Assembly (NCBI GenBank): GCA_000708835.1
Contig: DF236998.1
Location: 1-44,774 of the forward strand
From: Klebsormidium nitens
Taxonomy: Eukaryota; Plantae; Klebsormidiophyceae
Length of the DNA stretch: 44,774 nucleotides
Direction: 5' to 3'
Below the pieces are notes generated by a model. It was not told the DNA's origin, searched no databases, and saw only the letters and a list, made by a program, of their open reading frames with translations. The translations under genes were made by a program, and so were the position numbers. Positions 36,201-44,774 of the stretch are shown one piece after another; position 1 is the first letter of the stretch, and every line of letters starts with the position of its first letter.

Positions 36201-39200
36201 CCTCCGCGTGCGCGTACGCGGCGCCTTTGCCGAAGACGACGAGCGGGCTCCTGGCGTTCCGGAGGAGGGAGACGGCGGCGGCGACGTCGGGGGGGGGTGC
36301 GGAGAGGGCTTTGCGGAGCCCCCCCGGAGTGTAGAAGGGCTGGATGTCGACCAGCGCGTTGAGCAGGGCGGCGGCCTCGGCTTCCGAAACCTCCTGGTGA
36401 AGAACCTCTGCATGACGAAAAACTTCAAATAGGACAAATTAAGGAACTTAAACCCGGTTTGAGTAAGGGTTAGACATACAGCAGGCAGCAAGGGTTAGGT
36501 ACTGGCGTTTCTTCGACATTGGACGACTGTGAGACGGTCTTTACGACAATGACGTGGTGTGGAAAGAACTTGGGAAAAGACTTGACTCAGTGAGACGAGT
36601 TTGAGGACAAGCTTGCGCTAGGATTTGGAAGAAGGCGTCCGAGCACCCCAGGTCATCCTTGGGTTTCGGAGTAACAGTACAATTCTTTGAGGTCAGGACT
36701 ATCCGTGAACGAGGTTGGAAAGAGGTTCGGACGCTTTGTGAACGAGGCGAAAGCAACAAGTTCAAAAACCGACGGGATTTGCCAACTTTTGACAAGTGCC
36801 TTGAAGTGGATGAGCGAAGACATGGGACACAGTATGTGCGTCATTGAGTAGACCCTCCCGAGCTGGCAAAACCTTCATGACGCATGAAACACCAGCAATT
36901 TGGCACAATTCGTAGTCCAAAGTCCCTCCATATCCAGCCCTTTCAATAATTTCCTCGGATTTGTGTCGAAAGAAAAGAAAACGACAGAAAAGAAAAGAAA
37001 AGAAAACGAAAAACTCAAAAGATCGACCGACCTGCCGGCACGTCGACGTAAGCGGCCCCCGGCCTGCCCGCGGCCGCGGCGGACACCGCTGACTGGACGG
37101 TGTTGGGAACCGCGCGAACGTTCTCAGCGCGTCCGGCGTACTTGACAAACGGTTTTACGATCGCGATCTGGTCGAATTCCTGGAAGCCGCCCCTCCCGAC
37201 CTGCACGGAGTGAACGCACTTCTTTGAGCTGCCGTTTACAGGGCCTCACATCCGCGCCTATGGTTATAGAACAGACTCCTGCAAAGTCCCGGTCCTGAAG
37301 GCACGCACATATGCTGTCACAATTCAGCGCATCAACTTGGCAGGGCAGAAAACAGACTCATGTCAACAGAAAGGAGACCGTCAATTCCGTTTCAGTAAGG
37401 CATGTCGTGCCGTGCTTTGTCCAAAGTAGAGGCGAGCTAGACCTGCACCTCCGTAAGAGACAGAGATGGAACTGACTAAATCAATCTGCTCTTAGGAGCT
37501 TGAAGATGTTTGGTCACCACAGAATGATACCCCGATCGAGCTGAAACCGTAATAACAACGTGCTGACAGCAAAGTTTCGACACTGCTTCCAACAAAAGAG
37601 GATGCGAGTCCCCTTTGCTAACAAGCAAACGACGGCAAGGTAAGCAGAATAAGCGCGAAGCTCACCTCCTCAGTCGGAGCGCTCCCCGAGATCATAACGA
37701 TCGGCCAGCTGTTGGCTAACCCGTTGCTCAACCCGGCTAACCCATGTACCGCCCCCGGGCCAGACACGGTTAAGAGAGCCCCCGGGACGCCGGTTAGGTA
37801 ACCCGCAGCGCCAGCAGCGTAACCCGCGGCTTGCTCGTTTCGTAAACCGATGAAGCGAATGCCTGCTTTCTGAGCGAAGGTTGCGAGGGCCGTTACAGGG
37901 ATGCCAACAACACCGAAGAGATACCTGGGGGGAGGGGGTTGGGATGGTTGAACGGAAAACTAAAGCGACGATAAATCGAAACAACTTGACCAACTACTGG
38001 GAGAGTTTCGACTTTTGCAAACAGAATTCGGGGGTATTCTCAGCGACCAGAATTCCACAAGCTATCGAAGATTTTTGAAGAACAGAGATCCGAAGATGCC
38101 TGAGTATGCATTCAATGTCCCGCACGTCCTTTACATTTCCGTGATTTTTCTTTGACAAGTTTCTGCCGTTCAGCTGACACCGCTCAGAATGACCTAATCT
38201 TGCAGCATCTGCAAGTCCTGCAGATAGCTGGTTACATTGATGACTCAAAAGATATTTGGGCGTGTTCCCTGCCCTCAAGCAAAGCGTAGCTTCAGGTACC
38301 AGACTAAACGATAATCAGTGGTAGTAACTCTTTCACTGGCTCTTGCTTGCAATGGGCAAGACGATCCGGACAAGAGTCGAGAAATGCACACACTTCCCGG
38401 ATAGCCCTACGAAGCCTGCCGAAGGTGCCGTTTCCACACACTTCGTCAACCAGAAGCCGTCCTTAGAGACACGGAGCCACGTCCACTATGCTCAAAATGG
38501 CCAATTATCTCAAGAAGCTTTCACCCCGTTGCAAGAGAAGCTTGCTGATTACTACTGCCTCCTACATGGACAGAGAAATTCTGGGAGAACCTTCCAGTAC
38601 CTTATGAAAGGTGCGCAAAGTGCACATAAAAGCATTCACAGAATTTGAAGACTAGAGAAAATTCTCGATCAAACAAACGCTACGCTCGCTGTACGTTGTT
38701 TGCCATAAAGTTCGAAAGATCGAAGGCTACTACAGCAAATGACAATGCGTTCACTAAAAGGAGCTAGCAGCCACCAGAGTCGTGGAAAAGGAATTTTGAG
38801 AGAGGTTTGCTGATGACATTTCTTCAGCAAACTTTCCAGGCGGATAGCTGCATAAGCTGAGCATCTATGCTACCGCAACCATGGCCTTCTCCGGATGAAC
38901 AAGACGAAGAACGACGACAGCAAGCAATCAGATTATGATGAGATACTAATGTTTACAATTGACAAGTGCGGTCACGAGTTTGTTCAAACTACGTTCTACG
39001 ACTCCTCAACTTCTGCCTAGACGCTTGTCCTTCTACCGCCTTCATTTCCAGCCCTTCCAATTCCTGAAGCCACCGCTAGAGCCCTTCGTTTACGACTCTT
39101 TTTGCGTCCCCTCGTAACGCTCAACCCCGCTACGAAACTCCGACCCCAATTGAGCGGCGTGGAAGGATTCCACTCACTTGACGCCCATCTTCGCCAGCGA

Positions 39201-42200
39201 GCGGGCGACCAGGTCCGCTCCATCAACGGGCTTTGCCTGCGAAGTCCCCGTCGAAGCCACAGAGCTGGTCGCCACTTCCTTGAGCGGCTGCCCCGCTTTT
39301 TCCGCCTTCTCCGCGGCGCCGAGGAAGTGCTCGGCGACCTTGCGGCGCTGGATCTTGCCGGTGGCGGTGCGGGGCATCTCGGTCGCGATGAAGATCTGCA
39401 AAAATAATCTATATTAAAAGACAAGAGCACAAAGAACGAAAACTCATCTAAAGCTTTAGATGAGAGTGTGGGAAGAAGGGCCGCAAACATCCAGTAGGTG
39501 GACACAAGCAGATGAAGGAGAGAGAACCTAAAAGAGCGGCTCGCTTTGGATGACTGAGAATGGTAGTGGGGAGGCGGAAGCGCTGGCGAGTTTTGCGAGC
39601 TGTTTAGCCCAGATTGTGGGCCGCTCGATTCAGTATGCGCTTGGCGCCTTGATTCATCTCACAAGGTTTTCAGTGCTTCAATGAGTAGCAACAAACGTCA
39701 AAGGAACTGACCACCCTCGGTGACGGAATGGCTTCTTGAACCCGATGAATTCACAACAGCTCATACACCTCCGAATCCACTTCCAATGCGACTAGAGGAA
39801 CGAACTGTAGCTCTGGGAGCTACTGGAATCCCCAACCAATCCAAAGCAACGTCGACGAGTACCTCCTGAAAGTCTGTGATCGGTCGCTTATCGCTGAGAG
39901 ATTGGGCAGCTTTGGTCATGACGATTCAAGGAAAAGCAGCAGTCCCCATCCTTTGCTCCTGCTCACCTTCTTTGGCAGCTTGAAAGCCGAGAGGCGGTCC
40001 TTAATGTGCGCCAGAATATCTTCCCCGGTAACCTTCTCGTTCGAATTAAGCACAACCGCCGCGTTGACCTCCTCGCCGTACTTCTCGTCGGGCGCCGCAA
40101 ACGCCACCGCCTCCGATACGGCGGGGTGAGCCAGGAGCGCTTCGTCGACCTCGATCGGGGAGATCTTCTCGCCTGCGACACACAGGGGAACCATCACTAG
40201 GCTGCTCAGACGAAGGTCCAACCGTTTTTGGCGCAGAGTGTCTTTATACTTCTAGCAGAATTCCGCTCCGCGTCTAGCAGCACGACCCAAGCACCCTCTC
40301 ACCCATTGGCAGGAACACAAATACGAAGGGCGATGAGGTACACAAAGCTCCCATCACCATCGCCTATCGCCAGCAATCTTGCAGAGAGTCGCCGCATCTT
40401 TTAGCGACCGTGTTCTAAATAAAAGGCGCTTTTGCTAGCAAAACGAGGCGCTTTCAGGTCTCCCAATCACTAGAAACAAGAGATTGCGGTCATTGAAATC
40501 TCGGGTCCAGCTGATCCTCGCGCTTATATCCTAAGGTCACCGAATCCTCGGGTCTTATCCTGGGTGTCCACCAATCCTCGCATCTACATCTTGGCTCACC
40601 TAGAAATCTTGCTCTTCGTTTGTTACTGCACGAGGAACTTTGAGATTTCCTGCTTGATACAACGGGAAAGCACTGTAAGACATGGCAAGAAAGGCTTACC
40701 TCCCCGGTTGATGAGCTCCTTGATGCGCCCCGTCAACGTGAGATAGCCCTCGCTGTCCAGCTTGCCGCGGTCCCCAGTGTGGAACCACCCGCTGGTAAAC
40801 GCAACCTTGTTAGCCTCCGGGTTAGCCTTGTAACCCTTGGTTACATTAGCGCCCTTGATGCTGACCTCACCAATCTCCCCAGTGGGCACCTGGCGACCAC
40901 GAGAACCGCGTTTGTCAGCACAGAAAAGTTTCGTCCGACGTGAATCTTTTCCTTTGCAAGTACTTATATCACCCAACGGTGAACAATCTACATCGTCCAC
41001 CTACTGTAGGAAGTGCTCGACAGGTGGCATGCATGGCAGAAAGCCTCGTGACCTGATCCAGACCACGACACGAAAGCAAGAAACACCAGTCCTCTCCCCT
41101 CAGAAATTTTCCTGCCGACATCCGCTTGTCCTACATATTCCCCGCAAGGAGAGAGCTCGTCTGCGAGAGCAGGTGCACTTCAACCGTGTGCTTTCGCAGA
41201 AAATGACCTGAAAATCTATTCGAACTCTCCCTTTTCGGTAAAACACGCAGCCAAGCGCCCGGCAGGAGGCCTCACCGGCCGGTCCTGCTCGTCCAGCACC
41301 GCGAGCTCGATCCCGGTCGCCTTGCCGACCGTCCCGGGCTTGTGCGCCCCGTGCTTCGGCAGCGGGTTGCTCGTCATCTGGTGGCTCGCCTCCGTCATCG
41401 CGTACGCCTCGAGCACCGGCGCGTCGAACTCCGCCTCTAGTTTCTCCAGCACCGCGGGCGCGAGCGAGCTGCTGCAGCTGCGGATGAAACGCAGCGTCGG
41501 GCGCTTCTCGGGCGGAACGGGCGCCGTCTTCTGCTTCGCCAGCAAAATTTGGTGGATCGTCGGCACTGCGGTGTACCACGTGATTTGGTGCGCGAGCGCG
41601 TCCTCCCAGAAAGTGCTAGCGCTGAAGCGGCCCCCCGCGGGGAGCACGACGGTGCCGCCCGAGGACAGGGTTGCGAGGAGGGAAGCCATGAGCCCGTGCA
41701 CGTGGAAGAGGGGCATCACGATCTGGGGAGAAGGAGGGTACGTGTCGATTTTGTGAGATGTTGTGAAAAACAGACTTCGTAACGGTTGGAATTCCAGTCG
41801 AGATCTATGTCGGGCATCATCATAAAGCGATGGAGGGGTCTTCTGAAGTTGCAAGGCTTCGAAAATGAAGGGGTTATGAGGGATGTTCTTTACAGTGTGC
41901 ATCGGAAAAGAAGGGAAAACAAGGCAGAGGAAAGATGAGCTAATCGACCTGCAGGCTTGAGAATATAAGAGAGGCATCGAATTGCAGAATGAGAAAGCAG
42001 GTACTGTCTTTAGGCATACGACTGAGCACGCTGAGGACTGGCAAATCCTCAATCTCGAAACCAGCAACTCAGAAGAAACTTATGTGTGGACTGATCAGGT
42101 AACCCTGCCACGTGTGTGCAGATTGATATGGGTGAATGTGCAATCCTCTCCCCTCTTCGATGACACCTGTAGAACCGGCAACATGTAAAGACAGTGCGCT

Positions 42201-43572
42201 TCTCATCCGATCAGAAGCTCACCAGTGTCCTGTCCTCTGAAGTTAGCTCGTACGTCTTGATGATGTTGCGAATCGACGTGGCCAGGTTCAAGTGCGACAG
42301 CGGCACGCCCTTCGGCCGGCTCGTGGTCCCCGACGTGTGCAAAAACAGGGCCTCGTCATCTTCCTCTGGCAGCGGCCCTGCATCCTTAACCTCCTCTTTC
42401 TTCGCATCGAGGTCTCCTGACTTCCCCGCAACTTTCACCCCCTCTTCCAGGCTGGGGAAGGAGACAACTAGGGTGGGAAGGTTGAGGGTCTTGGCGGCGG
42501 CCTCGGCGTTCGGGACGCCCTCCTTTGGGACAACGAGGAACGACGACTTTGCGTCCTCGATGTAGAACGTAAACTCGTCCTCTTTGTAGGCGGCGTTCAG
42601 GGGCGCGGCGACCGCGCGGATGCGAGCAACCGCCAAGAAAGCAACAACAAACTGCAGGCAGAGATGAAGACGGACCTTCTGTTGCTTGACCAGGAATAAT
42701 GCTGATTGGGCATTGCTCGAACTTCATAACATATCTGCAGCTTTTCAGACTAGCGGCTCGAATGCAAGTAGTAGATAACGGCTTAAGGTCTGATTCCAAT
42801 TGCCCCAAACTTGTGGCACAATTCGAGAGCATCTCAGCTTTTGGACTCTTGTTCATCAGATTCTGTTTGAGGTAGGATTGTGGGGAAACACTGTCTATGT
42901 GGCCAAATAGACAGACCGCGCAAGGGGAGCTGCATTAGAACTTATTTGAATCCAGAGAAACATGCAATCAGCCCATGGCTATGACTGCCTGCATGAAGTG
43001 CTTGCCTAACAGTGGTTGCAGACTTTGATGAGCTTTGTTTGTGGGGCAACCATTTGTCAAAACATTTTAGACCAGAACTTTATTGATGGGAATTCACCAG
43101 CCCCACAGACGAAGAAATTGGTCAATCAAGTTTTCTGCACCAGTTAAATGCACCAAGATATTCAAAAAGTTTCTGTATTGCTGCGCCACAGCCACCATGC
43201 CACACATGAGGGTCAGACTGTTGCTTGCATTGGCACCTTCTCAATTCAGGAATCCTTTAGCAAAGACCTGGCTAGAGAGCTACCATTGCTTCTGCAAATC
43301 ATCACAATATACTCATGTAACCTGAGGGTGCTTATTGAATGTTTGTTTGAGGGCGAGCGCACCTCGATCGTGTTGGGGAACGCAAGTGTCACTAGGTCCC
43401 CAGGCTTCACCCCAAAACTCCTGAGCTGAGCCCCAACCGACTCAATCTGCTCAGTCAACTGCGCATGGGTCAGCTTTGGACCACCACCAGCAACTACCAA
43501 CCCAGGGGCGCTTCCTTTCTTGGCGCCATCGAGCACTCCTGGCAAGGTCGAAGCAGACACTGATGATGTCAT
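24059..43572 (-). CDS. AAE3-HACL1: 13-exon fusion gene: oxalate--CoA ligase (AAE3-type) + oxalyl-CoA decarboxylase / 2-hydroxyacyl-CoA lyase (HACL1/OCD1-type), about 1118 aa
   Basis: Join of 43572-43363, 42651-42223, 41722-41276, 40889-40700, 40172-39967, 39395-39178, 37924-37666, 37200-37032, 36407-35983, 27360-27103, 25856-25626, 24831-24689 and 24230-24059. All junctions are GT-AG, phases agree and there are no internal stops. Motifs: [40 protein letters not shown]; then [21 protein letters not shown]. Confidence 0.92.
24689..24831 (-). CDS. HACL1: Exon 12a
   Basis: tgcag|GTG..AG|gtgcgg; [25 protein letters not shown]...[11 protein letters not shown]. Confidence 0.92.
25205..25590 (-). 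pseudogene. Decayed copies of the 3' half of exon 11 in intron 11a
   Basis: 25205-25262 reads [16 protein letters not shown]; 25321-25387 reads [16 protein letters not shown]; 25443-25508 reads [19 protein letters not shown] (1-nt shift); 25561-25590 reads VGFSTVALE. Confidence 0.7.
25626..25856 (-). CDS. HACL1: Exon 11a
   Basis: cacag|GTT..GAG|gtgagg; [22 protein letters not shown] and [10 protein letters not shown] are ThDP-binding motifs. Confidence 0.93.
25950..26976 (-). pseudogene. Stutter array in intron 10a: three copies of acceptor + 5' exon 11, and one copy of the exon 10 end + donor
   Basis: Copies start at 26022 ([12 protein letters not shown]..), 26167 (frameshift, then [26 protein letters not shown]) and 26342 (deleted). 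26938-26976 reads [12 protein letters not shown]|gtgagt. Confidence 0.85.
27103..27360 (-). CDS. HACL1: Exon 10a
   Basis: tcgcag|ATT..AAG|gtgggt; [13 protein letters not shown]...[20 protein letters not shown]. Confidence 0.92.
28054..28124 (-). ncRNA. Box C/D-like unit
   Basis: GGGCA-ATGATGA...ATGA-t-TGCCC: canonical C box and a 5-bp stem. Confidence 0.5.
33257..33320 (-). ncRNA. Box C/D-like unit
   Basis: cGGCA-ATGATGA-acaggtggctatggcccagcagggctaaggtccagggttgct-TTGA-t-TGCCa; paralog of 21761-21822. Confidence 0.5.
34251..34306 (-). ncRNA. Box C/D-like unit with a compensated stem
   Basis: TGGCG-GTGATGA-atggcgcctttggccagcttacgggccatgaaata-TTGA-CGCCA. Confidence 0.5.
35983..36407 (-). CDS. 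HACL1: Exon 9 (HACL central domain)
   Basis: tgcag|AG..CAG|gtgagg; [23 protein letters not shown]...[13 protein letters not shown]...[21 protein letters not shown]. Confidence 0.93.
37032..37200 (-). CDS. HACL1: Exon 8
   Basis: gtgcag|GTC..GCAG|gtcggt; [18 protein letters not shown]...[13 protein letters not shown]. Confidence 0.92.
37666..37924 (-). CDS. HACL1: Exon 7 (PYR domain, catalytic Glu in RNEQ)
   Basis: ccccag|GTATCTC..GAG|gtgagc; [11 protein letters not shown]...[18 protein letters not shown]...[17 protein letters not shown]...WPIVMISGS. Not in the ORF track; translated by hand. Confidence 0.93.
39178..39395 (-). CDS. AAE3-HACL1: Exon 6, the fusion exon (ligase C-terminus + linker + ThDP-enzyme N-terminus)
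   Basis: [73 protein letters not shown], with no stop. Confidence 0.94.
39967..40172 (-). CDS. AAE3: Exon 5
   Basis: [25 protein letters not shown]...[13 protein letters not shown]...LSAFKLPKK. Confidence 0.94.
40495..40602. repeat. Degenerate 30-bp minisatellite (about 3 units) in intron 4
   Basis: ATCCTCG at 40514, 40544 and 40574 with similar ATC(C/T)T..CACC tails. Confidence 0.6.
40700..40889 (-). CDS. AAE3: Exon 4
   Basis: [27 protein letters not shown]...GWFHTGDRG...[10 protein letters not shown]. Confidence 0.94.
41276..41722 (-). CDS. AAE3: Exon 3
   Basis: [11 protein letters not shown]...[14 protein letters not shown]...[12 protein letters not shown]...[19 protein letters not shown]. 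Confidence 0.95.
42223..42651 (-). CDS. AAE3: Exon 2 (AMP-binding P-loop)
   Basis: FVVAFLAV...APLNAAY...[23 protein letters not shown]. Confidence 0.95.
43363..43572 (-). CDS. AAE3: Exon 1 (coding start by homology)
   Basis: [14 protein letters not shown]...LTHAQL...[17 protein letters not shown]|gtgcgc. The Met aligns with the AAE3 N-terminus, but the frame is open further upstream. Confidence 0.85.
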
Positions 43573-44429
43573 GCTTATGTGCTCTGGTGCTTGAAGCTCA
43601 GAGCTGATGGGGCCAACAGAAGTTGTTTTAGCTTTAAATTTGTTGGGAGGCGACGAAAAGGTCAATAGTGGATTCACCACCCTAATGAGGCGATTCTGAG
43701 CCGCTGAGAGATGAACAAAAGCAGGTCTGCAACGGTGATCACAAACCCTTGTGGGAAGCTGGTGCACAAATAAGAACGGATTGCTCTGCAAACTAGAGCA
43801 GCAAGTAGACATGTGCAACTTCTTGCAACGAAGCCCGGTGCACCTCCTGAAGAATGCAGATCAAAGCCCTTGCATGTAAGGATGTCAGCTTAGGTATCTG
43901 AATGTGCATGTGCAAGCGCTCCAGCCTCCAGCTTGAAGTTTCAGAAGCTGTGTTCAGAAGTGTGTGGAGAACAGCAGAGGCTCTGGAGTCTGCATTTGCT
44001 GTTTTGCTGATCCGAGTCGAGGGGTACGAACCGGTGCACTGAACTTGGCTTCGCAGCCTTCTGGGTTAAAGATGGTCAACACCAGCCGGTAATTTTCTCC
44101 ACGCGGGAAGGAAAGGTTCACAAGTGACACAGAGGGGGCGATTTTAGCCCGGGAGTCCGGCCGAGGGTCCCGTGGTTTACGCTTGACGGCGCTAATGTAA
44201 ACTTGACCCAACTGGTACAACCTTGGTTGCATGTTCCACCGTCGGCCTGCAGCTGCATTTTCAGATGGAACCATCGTACGGTGCGCTGCGCTCTCCACAA
44301 CAGTTGACACCATAATACTTGAACCCCACTACCTAGTCCCTTTCTTACCTGGACACCGCCGCACACCGGGTAGCACGTGTAATAGCGAAACGACTGCCTG
44401 GTGTCAATGCTCGATCCTCGGGCGTGTAT

Positions 44430-44774
44430 CTCGACCTCGACCTCGACCTTTCACCCCTTAGGGTGTCGTTCCACGAGCGGTGGAAGTAGAAATATAAATT
44501 CCCTGATTGGCCCAAATTGTTTCTGCCGTCGGTCAACGGGCGGACTTCCGGGCAAATAAATGCCACGTCGGCGGCACAACTTTTATTAAAACTCGACCCG
44601 AGTATTTGTAGGGTCGAACAAAAATATTTTTCTGTGCCAGGACGTGGCACTCAATCAGCGAATGAGAGGACGCCATGTCGGATTCTGCAGTAAGTGCGTA
44701 TTTTTTAAATGCCACTTCCACCGGCGAGCTGTTCCACGAGCGGCCGGAAATTGGTAATATATCGAACTTCCGGG
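44430..44774. repeat. Short direct and inverted repeats upstream of the gene, possibly a transposon end
   Basis: (CTCGAC)3 at about 44430-44448; GTTCCACGAGCGG at about 44468 and 44732; AAATGCCAC at about 44558 and 44707; GACGTGGCA at 44641. Confidence 0.35.

Noticed and set aside
39178-39395. Two adjacent separate genes wrongly joined
   Set aside because: Both domains share one short exon with no stop, intergenic space or promoter between them.

Overview
This is eukaryotic, intron-rich DNA of about 50% GC with GC-rich exons. The plant-type proteins suggest a streptophyte/green alga such as Klebsormidium (inference). One minus-strand gene dominates the window: 13 exons from 43572 to 24059, all GT-AG with consistent phases, about 1118 aa. 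It encodes an AAE3-type oxalate--CoA ligase fused, within a single exon, to a plant HACL1/OCD1-type ThDP enzyme (oxalyl-CoA decarboxylase / 2-hydroxyacyl-CoA lyase). These are the first two steps of CoA-dependent oxalate breakdown. The 3' part of the gene is tandemly duplicated (about 23540 to 13400). Exons 10b-13b are intact and differ from copy a mostly at synonymous sites, so they may be an alternative terminal cassette. Introns 10 and 11 of both copies hold decayed stutter copies of the ends of exon 11 with their splice sites. The very large intron 9 (both copies) and the downstream 2.6-12.9 kb carry more than 30 co-oriented 55-75 nt units. On the gene's sense strand they read as terminal stem / box C (RUGAUGA) / internal hairpin / box D (CUGA-like) / terminal stem, with covarying stems. 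This is a candidate tandem array of box C/D snoRNA-like RNAs. Also present are a TIR element with an 8-bp TSD (130-808) and a diverged ~4 kb tandem duplication (1.3-8.5 kb). All alignments and counts were made by eye.
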